Origin: Catajapyx aquilonaris
Taxonomy: Eukaryota
DNA: 64,000 nt
Direction: 5' to 3'
Assembly: GCA_000934665.2 (NCBI GenBank)
Contig: KZ538285.1
Location: 1 to 64,000 of the forward strand
Made by a program: the position numbers and the translations under genes. Under the pieces are notes generated by a model that was given only the letters and a program-made list of their open reading frames with translations, was not told where the DNA came from and did not search any database. Shown piece by piece: positions 50,374-64,000 of the stretch. Numbering within the stretch: position 1 is the first letter of the stretch; every line of letters starts with the position of its first letter.

Positions 50374-52620
50374 CTACTAAGCATGTGAGTATAATTAGCA
50401 GTGGTCTGAATAGAACAGGAAAAACATACATGACTGTGTTCAATATAAGTAAAGGTTTTTCCAGTATCTTTCTACATGGAATCTTCACAATATCAGCAGT
50501 GACTTCCAAACTGACTTATCTTTAATGCAAAAAAATCTGCTTTTTCTTCATAGATAGTTATATCACCTATGGGTCCGACCTGCATCCTAAACAATACAGT
50601 CCGTCACACGTCATACATCCCTATTCAAATGTAACATCCCTTAAATAGCAATCGACATTAAACCCCCCACCACAAATTGGAAAGCCAAGCCCCGCCAAAA
50701 ATAAATTATAAGTATATAAATCGTCCCTTCCTAAACGCAACATTTTTTTTTGTATGTGTGCCCAACGCATTTTATAGCCGTGTCTTTGGGCAATGCACAC
50801 ACCAAGCCCAGTGATAGCATTCCCCTCGCGTCTGATACCCAGCTAATTGCAGCCTGCAACACGCTCCCAGTCAAGCCAGCCTCAGGCCAAAGACTCGCCG
50901 GATGGTTTGCAATCCAATAAATTATAGGTCGGTTTATCAGTTGACAAGTGATTAAAAGCTCTCTCCCGCCGAGTGTGTGTGTGTGTGAGAGAGAGAGAGA
51001 GGGGGGGGGGNGGACCCCTAGAGAGCCCGACAAATGTAGTAATTGGAAAGTAGCGTTTTCTAGGCCTCTTTTTGGCTTTGTTTGGTCGTAGGGGGTGAGT
51101 AGGGTGGGGGAAGAAGGTGAACCAACAAATTAATGTGGTTAAAGGGAACTCGGTGGAGTGGAAGAGGGCGCTACTTTTTTGGTAAAGGGGGAAAAAAAAA
51201 GAAGGGGGGGGGGGAGGGGGGAGAGATTGGCCCGAGATCCCTAACGCCAACTTCGTCCGAAAAACCTTCCGACGAAGGTCCCCTAGGCTTTTCAATTTGT
51301 GGTCTCTTCCATCCATCCCTCTCCTTCTTCTTTTCACTCGATACTCTACTCCCACAAAGGAAATTGCGGGGATCGTTAAGTAAATACCAACAAGCGGAAC
51401 ACAAACAAGGCGAACACTTGCACAAATATTTGCTTCCGAGCTCGCAAAAAAAACTGGAGAAAGATCCACCAATTAGCATTTTCTTGACTTCTCCCATTTT
51501 TGGGACGGGGCCTAAGAAACTGGATCTTACCACTACTTCAGATAAGTGCTCCCGGGAAAAGTGTGATTTCTTTGATTTCCCGACAGAACGGGGGCAAAGA
51601 ACTGAGCAAGCACTTCAGACATTATTCATTTCCATTTCAAGTACGTTAAGGGCGTGGCTGGTAAGTGAGACCCAATTTATATTTCGTGTGCATAACTAAT
51701 GACGACTTGTACTGTTCACATATGCAAATATTATTTTGTACCACAAGTGTTTTTTTATATTTACTTACTATTCGCCAGCATTAGTATGGAATATGGACTC
51801 GTGATGAGCATTTCACAATATACCGGATGTCAGTTCATGTTAGAATCAATGTAAATCTTGCTTACATTTGCGAATTAAGGTTGCATCTTGGGTGAAAAGT
51901 GTTAGTTGGCTTGTACTATTCGTATCGTTACCATAACCCGTTACAAGCCTTTATTGCGATAAATTATATTGCATTTATGACATGGAAAGTGTCTCTTTAA
52001 ACATAGATGGATGAGCACTCATCTCTTATCACCTCCCTATCATTATTAGCTTATTGGCCGTGGGACATTTCTCAGTTACTTTCAGGGGCAAAAAGGTTGT
52101 TGGCTACTCTTCCTTGTTTATTGTGAAATATGGATATTTGATTCAAATTGAGTGATGGATGCCATGAAATATCTCGTAAGGAAACGGACCATCACGTTTA
52201 CATTCTAAGGCTTTTACTGCTTGTAACAGGTCAGGAGGAGCCTGCCTTCTTAGAAAGGCATATTTTACCTCACGATCGAACGTCGTTGACAAAAAACACA
52301 CCCTTAGTACAGGTAACTATGTGCTCATTATTCGTCGGCGGCAAGTTCTAAAAATGGTATTTTTCATGGTGGAAAAATAAGTACTGCGTGGAGTGAAAAA
52401 ACTTCAGTAGGCCTACTTATTGAAAAACTTACACTGGCCCATTAATTTTAGAATACCGGTATCTCTATGATTGTCAGTGCATTACTGCGTTCTAAAAATG
52501 TCACTTCATCATTTCTGAATGAAAAATATATTCTGTTTTTCTTCAAGCACTACACAAGCAATAATATAGATTATTAGATGGAATTTCTATAAATATTACA
52601 AACTTTCCTATTATTATCAC

Positions 52621-53256
52621 TAGGGGGCGGATAGTTATGTTTCTACATAGTTTTTTCCTCTGTATGCACGAGGGCGTGATTTGTACGAAAATCCGAATCA
52701 TGACATCAGGAGTCCAAAAAGTGGATCTTATTTTGCATATAAAAGAATATTTCGAGCTTAACGACATATTTTGGCGTTAGCGACATATTTGGAATATTTC
52801 ACGTTTTTTACTTCCTTAATCTTGTTATCCACCTTTTTTGTATTTTATTTATTACGTTGCAAACCTTGGGACAACAGATTACCTTTTGAAACGCACCAAT
52901 AACGACATGTGATGTGGAGCGGTCATTTTCAATACCGTACTCAAGTGAGACTCTGAGTGAGACAAGGCAGCGATTAACTGCATCCAATTTGGAAAAAAAA
53001 ATATTGTTTCTCATTGTCACTTCAATAGTGAAACTGAAGACAATTGATGAAATGATGAAGTTGTATAAGAAATAAACCTCTTGTGTGAGATAAAGTCTCA
53101 AGTCCATGGCACATAATTTGGATGTATTTATATTTCAGGGTAACGCAAGAATAAATTGCGAATTAAATGCAGGTTTGAGAGAATATTTCGCTATTTTTGG
53201 GGGAATATTTGCATGCATATTTCGACCTTTTTAAGAGAATAACTATCCGCCCCCTA
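52621..53256 (+). mobile_element. Internally deleted hAT transposon
   Basis: Perfect 18-bp TIR TAGGGGGCGGATAGTTAT and perfect 8-bp TSD ATTATCAC (52613-20, 53257-64). Retains the 3' end of the transposase. Confidence 0.93.
52893..53009 (+). pseudogene. hAT transposase C-terminal (dimerisation) domain remnant
   Basis: Translates APITTCDVERSFSIPYSSETLSETRQRLTASNLEKKILF, matching the hATC motif PxTSxxVERSFSxxKxxLSxxRxxLTxxNLE. A stop codon lies just upstream. Confidence 0.82.
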
Positions 53257-53867
53257 ATTATCACATGCTTGATTCTCATGACAAATGTGCAGCTGGCAAT
53301 TTTGGAACGACAAGCGAATAATTGATATTTTTATAGTTGAGTCACATTTTGATTTTATAACCGTAAAATTATATTATTTCAGTTAGATATTAATTTAATC
53401 GTTTGGTATTATTATGAGCTAATAAAGAGTTGTTTAGTCCTAAACAGTTTATGTTAATCGATAGTGGCCCTCATAATATATTCACTCGGCAGCTGTGTTC
53501 TAGAACACGCATTGATAAATTTGAAATGCATGTATTGACATGCTGACAAAGCAAAACACAAAAACTACCATAATTTTATAGTGTGCCAAATAATTATCTC
53601 GTTTTTTGTCCTTTTCTAGTTTTGATACATTTAAAATTATTTGAGCATGCTCAAATTTTTATGTGCTCTATCCGAAATAACATGGCCACTCTTTTGAAAC
53701 TTCTACTTCCTATTAATATTTTACTCCGTTTTGTAGCTGAATTAACGCAATTGCAATTTGAATATTTACACCCTCTTCTAAGAATTTCAGACAGTTCAGC
53801 AAGACAATGTCGTTTTCTGGCTTTAATTTTCTATTCAGAGTGTTGATTCAAAAAATAATATTGTGAA

Positions 53868-54209
53868 TATAATAATAATGCTGGAGTAATGTGCTTTCGC
53901 CCCCACATGGGGCATATCCCACGGACCTTTATTTATTGAGGTACATTTGGTGCCTATTCATTTGAAACGCCCGGGCCCACGAGCAGGATGACAGGAGGGG
54001 ATGTGCAAGGTGCAGTGCATCTGACTCTGTGGCCATTTTTAGTGAACTCCCCCTGGTGGTTTAGTCTGTTGGAAATTCCACCCGAGACGAAGCCAGAGGT
54101 GACCCTGAACTCTGCACGAGATGAAGGGGGTGTCCCCGGGTTGGGATCGAACCCGGGACCTTAACATCTGTGGGCGCATACGTTACCGCAGCACCACTTC
54201 GCCTCTCCT
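53868..54209 (-). mobile_element. tRNA-derived SINE family B, copy 2
   Basis: Reverse-complement homolog of 24652-24994. 12-bp TSD TAATATTGTGAA at 53856-53867 and 54210-54221. Confidence 0.93.
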
Positions 54210-57200
54210 TAATATTGTGAAAATATGTTACCATACGTAAGTTATTTCACGTCAATGAACATTTTAATCTTCGCGTCCCAATTGATAAGTTATTCAAAAA
54301 AAATCATCGTATAAAATCCTAATGCATGTGGGTAAAATTATTTTAAAATCACATCGTACTGTTGTCAGCAGGGTTCTTTCCATGGTTTTATAATAATATA
54401 TTCGATTACTCAAAATATGCATTTTGGTACAAATCTTGCACACAAAAACAAATAATTGCCTCAACTTGCATTACAAGCGTACGAATTACTGTAAACCAGC
54501 ATGCAAATATTTCTTTCAACATACCCCGGAAACATGATCGTATACCTAATTGCAACTTTTACCAATATAATGTTATTCCACCATTTTGGCTGAGTGCGTG
54601 CTTTATACTTAAGTTAAGATCAATATCTTCCATTAAAAGATATAGGTTATACAAATATTTCTTGGTTAAGAACGGCATTCTTTGACGTAATATCCCCTTT
54701 TATTGAGGACAAACAGTTTCCCCAAACAGGTTATCTGCTTCCATCTGATGACCCCTCCAATGGGGCATCCGAAGCCCCCCAAAAAATAACCTGACCATTG
54801 TCAAGCCGAGAGTCGAGAATATGTCTCCTGTATCCATTCCCCTAGAAATTCCTCCGTGCCGTGAAAAGGAAGCTGCAGAAGACCTCGTTCCGACCAATAC
54901 ATTAATCTTGTAAAGAGGAGAAGATGGGGAACTGTGAGCGAAGAGAACCCACGATGGCACGTTCCCTGAGCATGAAATACGATTTGGGTGAATGCGGGCT
55001 ATCCCCTCGCTTCGTTCCAAGAAGAAGCAGAAGACCCCAATTTTCTAGTAGACGACATACGGAGAGAAAAAAAAGGGCTGCAAGCGATATGATTGGGTTA
55101 GTCCCTCGTCCCATCTGCCATCTTCAATATCAACCAACAGGCCATGACAAAACCAAGACGGCAACCTCCCTTACCAAAAAAAAATGAACAGAAAATGGAC
55201 CAGAATGGCTTTGTCCCTCCCATGGGGATTTTCCTACCAACTCTACTACTTATGTCGATATCGCATTTTGTGATGGGTAGCAGCTTCCTCCCCTCTCCTC
55301 CCGCCCCCTTAAGTTTTGAGATTGGTTCTGTGTCCAAGAAGACGGCCAGGGAGTAGTATATTACAACTCCATCCATGATTTCAAATGACCTCATAGGTTG
55401 AGTGGTCCTCTTTTTTTTCTTATTCTTCTTTTGCCTTTACCTCCCCGTTTTCTGCTCCCCTTACTTTTTGCTTGTCTTCTAGGATAGGGGTGGGGAGGGT
55501 AGAGGGAGGGGGGGGGTCGTGATTTATAGAGTCATTCCCAGTGTAATGAAAGTCGGAATTTTCTCTTTTCATTTAGTTCCAGCTGGAAAATAACAGATCT
55601 TATCACGAGAATGAAAGGCAGAGAAGAAGGAAAAGACGATGGGGACTAGGAGCGTCTCAAGTGGAGCGTTAGACAGGGGGGACGGTCCCCACTCCTCCCC
55701 ACTCCTTCCCCCCTCACCTAGATGTAATCTAAACAGTATTGTTCTGCTCCGGTTGTGCGCCTAGACAGTTTCGGTGTGGCTCAATGGCCAAGTGCACAAG
55801 AATGGAGGGGAGAAACGAAGAAATGGAGATGAGGTGGTGGGGACTCGATGATAAGGGGGAAAGAAGGAGGGCTACCCCCAGCGAACCTTTTCCAATTGAT
55901 GAAGAAAAAGACAGGGGTCACCCCCTCCCCCCCCCCCTCTCCTCAAGCTGGAACCTGCCACTTGCTCAGATAATATTTTTTTCCACTTTCCTTTCCGCAG
56001 AATGAAAAATTATGCGTTTAATGTAACGATGGCGAATGCTTCCGAGGGTACGAATGCATGCATTCAGGCACAGGGGAGGCTGTTATTCATGGCTCAGATA
56101 GCCGGAATGTGATATGACCACTGTTTCGCAATGGAAGTCTGTCGCATCCCCTTAGCAAACGCATATTTATTTCACCATCGATTTAACTTGCTTCGCGGAT
56201 TTAATAGTGCCGGGAAACCTTATCACAACAATGCTGCCGTCATTTTTGTTCAATGTATTTTGTCGATAACGCCATTCAGTTTTAGTAAGCAAGTAACTCA
56301 GGAGAGAGAAATTTGTAAGTGAAATCAGGCGAAGTTTGGTGAGCGATACTGGTCCATATTAGCAAATTTGTGTTTGTGTATAGAACAACAAAATGCTTCG
56401 ACTGCATTTACGCAGATGGAAAATTTGTGCCTGCGGCAGGTAAGCAGGCTGTAAAGGCACTTGTTTGCTGGAGATTGCTGTCTACCTAAGCGTTATTCCG
56501 CGACGTGAATTTCAACTTGAAGGAAATTTAGGAGCCCACTTTACATCCAACTCATGTAAATATGAGCTCTCATTATACATTTTAAAAATGACAAATTCCG
56601 GCCCATTAAGTCGCAAGAATCACACACATTCCATTGTACAAGCCACAAAAAAACTTGGGTAAAACTTGGGCATCGCCTCTCTAATTACCGCCCGCTAATT
56701 AATATGTGTGATATAACTCCTCCGTAAATTCGTACCATACACTTTCCTCTTGAATTGCACTGTTAGAGGCGCACTACTAACAGGGCTAATGTGCCTTCGT
56801 TATGAAATACGTGGTGTGCGCAAATGAAAAAGTTCCTTTCCCCCTTGGGCGAGGGGCGCTAATTTGGAGCCCTCCAAAGAAACTCTCTCCTAAACCTCTA
56901 ATAAAGTCCTTTGGTTCTCCGTTGACGCCGTGATATAAGGGGTTGGGAAGAAAACCACTGCATTAGCAAACGTTTGAGCCCATAAACATTCATTTAGCCC
57001 CCAGAGGGAGGGGTCAGGGAAGAGAAAATCAAACAGGCAGCTCCACGAAAAAGCGTTGTTTGGCTAACCGCGTGTTTGTTCTCCGTTTAGCTTGCAGAAC
57101 GTTAGAAGAGCGCCGTGGAAGGAAGGCTGCACCAAATTAAAGGAGCAAATATTGTGACTGGTGCTAAATTTGAAGACCGACTCCTTTCTTTTCACCAAGC

Positions 57201-60200
57201 CATACAAGTCCCATGAGGGCCTTGGTGTGGGCTTCAGGGGGGTAGGGGAAATGGAAAAGGGGGAGGGGGATTTTTTTTTTTTTGTAAAAATCTGGCGGCA
57301 TAATCTTTATGGAGGACCGTCCTCTTTTGAAACGCTGATGTGCTCCTCGCCGCTGTTCCTGAATATTTATACCCGGTACTCTTGCAGAATTGCCAAATTG
57401 CGCTCCATTTTTCCTATCAAATGTTGGTCGCTCCCTTGATGCTCTCCGACAGCAGATTACCGTGGAATTCTCAATCTCGGTGTACGTTCGGAAGCATACA
57501 AATAATCGTCGTGTTTAAAAAAAGAAATGAATGGAGACTTTCTTCAACAAGTGTGTCACGTCCTCCTTACATCAACGCTTGACCGTACTACTCAAAATTC
57601 TCTTTACATATTAATAACGGTCCAGTGAAAAGGTCAGATTCCAAAATAGGCGTGAGTGGGGCCGGCACCGTTTGGGCTCAACAACCACCAGGTTTAATTT
57701 ACAACGACAAGCGAAATAGGCAGTGACAGGCTCCCGCAGGTATTTTTTTTGGGCCTTGCAATAAAACCTAAAATCGGGCCACTATAAATCTGCACCAGGA
57801 GGCGAGATGAACGTCAAGTTCGCAAACGTTCATATATCACCTCGCCATAACCTCCCCAACCCTCCTGAGCCACCTTAGGCCTTTCGGTTCTGCAAGTACT
57901 AGGGGCTGACACTTAACCTCGTTAACCCCCTCGCAGCAGAAACTATCTGGAGGACTCCAAGACGAGGAATTAGAGCAGCAAGTCGCTAACACGCCACTTT
58001 ACATACATTCTACCTGAGTACGTACGAGGAAGCTAACTTCTACTCCTAAGTGACATGTGGAAGTTGCCCAAATTACATTTGGCAGTGTAATGTTTACCTA
58101 GTCGCATGAGAGACCATTATTCTAATTAAAAGATATCCATTTTTAGCTGGCAGTTGCGGACAATTGTAACTTATAGCCGCGGAGTTGGCTTTAAAGAGAA
58201 GCCGCCGGATACTATTTTATTTATTTTGAATGCGTGCAGGTCCACGAAATTAGAAACAGCAGGTTACCCACATGGCATGCACCATGCGGTGTTTTCTAAT
58301 TCGGAAATTATAAGAAAGACGATATTTTCCTCGATCCGCAAACTGTATGGGTGGCAGTCTATCTCATTTGCTTGCAAGCCAGATGAAGGGATCTTGATCT
58401 CCTCGGCGCCATTTTATTCCGGGTGTATATAGTTCCAGAAAAAAAACACACCTCTGAGAGCCCCGAGGCCATTCCAGAGCAAGAAGCTCTTCTGCATAGT
58501 AATTCCAACTCCAAAAAAGAGCAGATCCCCAACAAAGCCACCTCTCTGCTTTCCTCAAGGTAAACGAAGCTTCCTGGAGGAGACGGGAACATTTATTTCA
58601 ATAACTTTCTCCATCCCCCGCTTGGTGGTCCTTCCTTCCGCCCCGTGAAAGAATCTGACACAGGAGCACAAAGAAGGACGGGGAAAGATGTGGTTTGGGA
58701 AAGACTGCAGGATGTCCAGATGAAGAAGCAGCCCTTCCGGAGGGAAAAATGGGAGACCCGCCCTTCAAGATCCCCAAAGGAGCCACTGCCTGGCTCTCCA
58801 CCCTCTCCATATCCATCTATCTGCTGGGGGGTTTCTTGATTGAGTTATCGGCCATTCTGCCCTTTCTTCACTCCCATGATATGAGATACGCATACTACAA
58901 ATAGGGGACGCCTTCGAAAACAATGCACTTCATCTCGGGTCATATAGTCTACGTATACTTGTAAAGGGTTATTCACTCGAGAGAGGAGTCAAGGGATTAT
59001 ATTGACTCCACCAGTGAATGTGTCTTTTATTGTTGCTTATTCTAATGGGGTTCTTATATTTGAACTAGGGTGAGAAATAAGTTTTTTTAAAAAAAACATT
59101 GAACATGCCATTTTGAGCCATGAACCACCTTTCGTATTGGCCAACTGGGCCTGATTTTTTTTTTTTTTAAAGGATGTGAAGAAAATGATAACAGAATAGT
59201 TCTGACGTTACAAACCTTTCATTGTTGAGATTGGCTACCAATTTTGACGTTCGAAGGCTGAATATAGCCATGTAGAACATCACTCTCCATAATGAGCAGT
59301 CTTGGTATCTTTTGAAGCTTACGCCTCATTTTGGAATTAATTGGTGACACCTCTCACAAAAGGCCGTGCATTAAAGTTGCGTATATATAAGTAAGCCTAC
59401 TTCCAAAGGTTTTAAGCACTTGCAAAACCTGCAAGCGTGAAAGCCTTATGCAAAGTCCAACAATCTCCATAATATGCACGAGACAAAAAGTTCTGGCGCC
59501 TCTGACTTCGTTACAAAAGATTTGTGCGTCAAATCGGGGTCCAAAAGGTGAACCACATAACACGGTTAGTTTCCCAAGGCGCCTGACCGGGTTCGATATT
59601 AAGAGCGTCGTAATAATTTTTATCAAATGAGGGGATGGGGGAAAGGGCATGGTAGTTGGGTGAGGGTGGCGTTCATAATAATTCCCCCCTCATCCCTGAG
59701 AAAAGAACGGAAGGAAGGGCCGCAGATGAAAAATATCCCATTTCCTCTCCCTTTGCAGTCCTCTGTAGAAAAAAGAAGAAGAAGTTTTTCCTTCAATGTT
59801 GCAGCCAGGGCTCACTGATGAGTTTGCTTCATTACTTAGCACCAGATCTAATTTTCTCACTCGCCAACTTCAAAATCTGTCCCCCTCAAAAAATCCGTCA
59901 TTTCTCTCCCAGATGTTAGTCGACGCGACTGAATTTATTATTGTAGCCCCCTCATTCGCTCCACTGGGGGTGACTGAATATTAGCTACTTTGCAATGCCG
60001 CCAAATATACCCTCCCACCCACCCCTCAACTTCTATTCCATGCAAAACAAAGGGAATCATCCCCGGATAAACCAATAGTTGGAAATATGTCGAGAACAAA
60101 CTTTCTCTCCGGAGTTTTGGGACGTAACGACAGCCTATTTCATTTGGTGCTTCACCTGGCAAGGCCCAAATAATGACGCTTCATAGCCCGTCTCTTGTGG

Positions 60201-63200
60201 CAATAGAGCTTTGGAGCTCACTAAATTTCAACCCAGCTCTTAATTTGATTGAGACCCCTCCCCTCTTCCTTTTGGCTCTGTGCCGCTCTCTATCCTAAGA
60301 CAGGCCTCAAGGTAACAATCGAGCAGCAATCGGAACTAATCATGGGCATTTTCTTCCTACCCTATAGGCATTATTATTAACGTTCCTCTTAGCGACAAAG
60401 AGCACGTGAATTCAATTAAGGGTCGTGTCACGGGATCGAGATCTTGGAATTAATGGGTATAACTGCACGGAGTCAGAGTCGTACCCAAGATAAACAGAGG
60501 AGATGCAACGTTTTCATTAATCTTGTAACCCTCTAGTCATTAACAATCAGTTGCAAGCAGCAACTGTTGCCTTCATTCATTCACCCTGGTGTGACACGTG
60601 GGGCTTCACACTGCAGAATGTTAAGTTACTCCTGAGTTGTCAACATGGTAAATAGGCCCCGCTTTATTGCAGCCTTGCATGCAAAAATTAGTCGATAGGT
60701 CTAATTAGTAAACGTCTCGTAATTATGGATTTCACATTTTGTATTTCATAACCTCCCCTCGTCAGAGATCAATTTGCAACTATATTTTTGACCCGTGTGA
60801 TTTACGACATCCTCATAGGCGTGTGTATGTTTTTGTATTTTTAGCACACAGATAGATGAGTAGCCTATACAACCATTCTCGCGTTTCTATCTTTTCGCAC
60901 TTATGACTGTTAGAAATGTATGTAAGCTGATCTGACCACACCCGGTAAGTTTAACTTTGATCTAATTGATTGTTTTGAAAGCCAAAACCGTCCGAAGAAG
61001 ATTAAAGTCAGCGAGCGGTCTTTTTCTGAAAAAAAGTTTGAAAATCCCTATCCTACGGGGTTGCTAAACCCAGACTGTAATAAAAGGTTCGTGCAAAGCA
61101 CAAAACCCGGAAGTAACAATTTTAACTTTTGGGGAAGTTACATTTTTTCGGAAAAAGTCGCATTACTCACTATATAGTCACATTAAAATTGTAATTTTAA
61201 TGATGTCGTTATATTGTGCTGTAAAAAGTCGGGGTAATGTGATGACTACACATTATCTTGAATTATTAAAGACACTCCGCTCTGTAATTCCGTTCATATT
61301 TCCAATTTATTAATGTTTGTGTCAGAACACAGCTGCCTGCTGAATATGTTATTAGGGGAAATATTGATTAACTTATCTCAATTAGATACTAAACAACTTT
61401 TTATTGTGTCATTTCTGTAATAATAAAACTGCTAATACTTCCACACTAAAGCAATTAAATAGCTATGAATATTATATAACTTATGCAATTTATGTAAATA
61501 GCAGTAATTAACGAAGATTAATGCATTATATATTCAAATACCTACACACGTCTACTCAAGTTCTAGATAAGACTATTCTATTCCTATAGGTAAAGTACTT
61601 GGTAGGGTGTCTTGGAAGCTTGCTGGGTTCAACCCTGCCTCGCTCTCAACCCTGTGTTACTCAACCCCGCGATTTGCGCAGTCATTATGTATACTGGCCT
61701 ACGAAGGTTTGACTCCCGGTGTCTGTTATCCCGAACCAGATTTTAGAAACGAGTAAACTCCCACACGCCCCTCATCAGTCCTGCTGTCTAGCTCCATTTC
61801 CATCTAAAATAATCCCCGTCACTTGGAGACATTTGCGTGGCAGATCACAGAGAACACATGATAAATACCGCTTGACACATTTAGTAACTTCGGTCTTGAG
61901 CCGACTCGAAAGGCTTAAACAGCAGCAACGAAGAGATTGTGTATTGATGCCGGTATCACCCCCTGCTCCCTTCTTCTGGCTATGCCAGGCACGTGATTTA
62001 GTAGCTTGCAAGACCTCCCAAGACCCTTGTAGTACTACTCACCACTAATACCCTCCACTTGACTCCCACTCAGAATCATAAGAGCAACAGGCCTTCCCTT
62101 CTAGTTTAGTAGAAGGCAAGCTCTCAACAAAAACCTGCATTTAAGCTCAACAACCCAAATTGACTCAACATGACGCCCTTTCATCACGTCAATTCCCGTC
62201 AAGTGCTGCCTATCATTATTTATGTACCCGAATTCCGCAGTGACCTAGCATTATCTATGCACATGAAACGTGCCCACTTGTTGTTGTTTTTTTATGTATG
62301 TCTGTCTTTCCTGCTTTGGAAGCCGCATTCCCAATGGCCCTGAGCACATTCTTCAAAGTCATCACTCGTGTTCCGCAGTCCAGGAAACTCCCTGAAGAAT
62401 GCGGATAAGTATTGGATAACACACAAACTCCTTTGTTGGATGGCAGCACTACATACATGTGTTGCGCATGCATCAATTGAAGTGTGGAATGATTTCAGAA
62501 CAGCATTTCTTGCTAGGGCCAAGATGAATGGAAATGTGCCGAAAGGAGATCCCGCAGCAGGTGTCCTCGTCTTAAGACGCGGGAGAAGAAGAAGAAGAAG
62601 AAAAATAGGTCGGGGATTTGGGAATGGAAAAAAGATATATGTACCAGGGAAATGGATTTCGCCTCGAAAAAAGAAGGAAATCGATCCGCAACAGCGAAGT
62701 GTCCAAGAAACTAAGCTAGGGGGTGTAAATTAGTTTTCAACTGGCGCGAAGAGATTTGGGAGTTTGAAGCGTGGATAGGAGAAGCACATTGCTACTTTTT
62801 TCCCCCCAAGCTAGAAGTAGCAGAATTTTATGGAAACCTGCAGTTAAAATCAGTACATTTGTGTTCCTATAAATGCATGGTGTGAACCGAACCCTGAACA
62901 ATGCTGGAACAATGTGTGTGAATTGAGAACCCCTGCTAACCGTCTATTATCGCACATGTGAAGTCACACCCGCGTCTAGTTAGCCAGTGATTTGCTGTGC
63001 ACAAAGTTGCGACCGAACTTTTCATTTGTAATGACAAAAGCATTGCTAGTCCTCGTAATATGAGCATGGAAGCAAAAGTCGGAGCGCATAAATGATGCGA
63101 CACAAAAAAGCACTTGGTAAAACGACAAAAAAAAAACTGGTTGACTCATTTTTGGAATGGAAACAAGACACATCAACAGCTCTACAAATACTTCTGCATT

Positions 63201-64000
63201 GATAAAATCAAAGCGCCACTTGAGCGGGGACAACTTATATTGCAGTCGGCCCAAGTGGACAGGGGTAGGGGGAGGGGGGCAAAAAACCGTCCATTTCGGA
63301 AATAGAACTTGGACAATCCGTCTATCGAAACTACGCGGGTGCCCATTTGGAACCGCGCAAAAAAACCAGGAAAAAAAAGAGTTTGAAGGCAAGTTATGAC
63401 TTGGCCATTTAGCCAGGAAAAATTTATTGCTCTGGCACATCGATTCGGTCCGCCCACCCCCCCCCCCACCTCCTCTTTTTTTTCTAATCTGCCCCCACTG
63501 CCAATGGACACACTCTGACAAAACATTCACGGCTGCGCATTTCCCTAGCTAAATCAATAGTGGCTAAGTCAGTTCCACATCACTCTTCCTCCAAACTCTC
63601 CTGGAAAAAACTAGGATAAAATTGTAATTTCCAAGCAGTTCGATGAATCGGTGCCCGTTTACGAGCACTTGCCACCAAGGACTTTTCTTTACAACTTCCA
63701 GTATTTTTTTTTTCTCGTTGTTGTTTTTTTTACGGCTCTCTAACTTGTACCCGAAGACCGCTTTGAAGAATATGGCCCACTCAAACCCCACTGTTTCGCG
63801 GTCAGAAACTTTTCATAAGCACACTGCACATATATTGGCAACAATGGCCGTATAAAAATAATCGAATTAGTGCCGCTCAAAAGGGTTTTTATCCGACCAG
63901 AATCCCTTTTCTAGGGGGGAAGCTTGCTGCTCTGGACAAAAGTGGACCCAGCGATTAGTGGACATTGACCCGCTGTCCCGGAGTAATGATTATTGCCGAA

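Noticed and set aside
1201..52415. TAGGCCTA as head-to-head fused TTAGG telomere repeats
   Set aside because: None of the 9 sites extends to TTAGGCCTAA or to further TTAGG units. A TA-duplication model fits the 11796 site exactly.
61692..61713. miR-193-like TACTGGCCTAC
   Set aside because: Only the first ~11 nt match and no precursor hairpin is visible.
1125..63855. ORF track entries as genes, including the longest (29401-29871, 34020-34514, 43047-43544, 50882-51699, 62976-63530)
   Set aside because: They are short, overlap on both strands, have no recognisable domains, and many derive from SINEs, palindromes or homopolymers. Small spliced exons cannot be excluded without RNA data.

Overview
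Eukaryotic (animal, probably arthropod) non-coding DNA: a gene desert or large intron with no supportable intact protein-coding, rRNA or tRNA gene and no CRISPR array. The ORF track is noise apart from two decayed transposase fragments (PIF/Harbinger at ~11.7 kb; hAT C-terminal domain at ~52.9 kb). The window contains three tRNA-derived SINE families (two copies each, all with readable target-site duplications, TSDs). It also holds non-autonomous DNA transposons diagnosable by terminal inverted repeats (TIRs) and TSDs (piggyBac, two hATs, Tc1/mariner, Sola-like, CACTA/EnSpm-like, P-like), a Helentron/DINE-1-like HINE, a possible solo LTR, free palindromes and microsatellites. The most interesting signal is small-scale: TA-x-TA micro-insertions (TACTGTA, TACCGTA, TACCGGTA and an over-represented TAGGCCTA) that look like stacked transposon-excision footprints. 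One can be shown to be an insertion because removing it restores the Harbinger reading frame exactly. All counts are by eye and no database searches were run.
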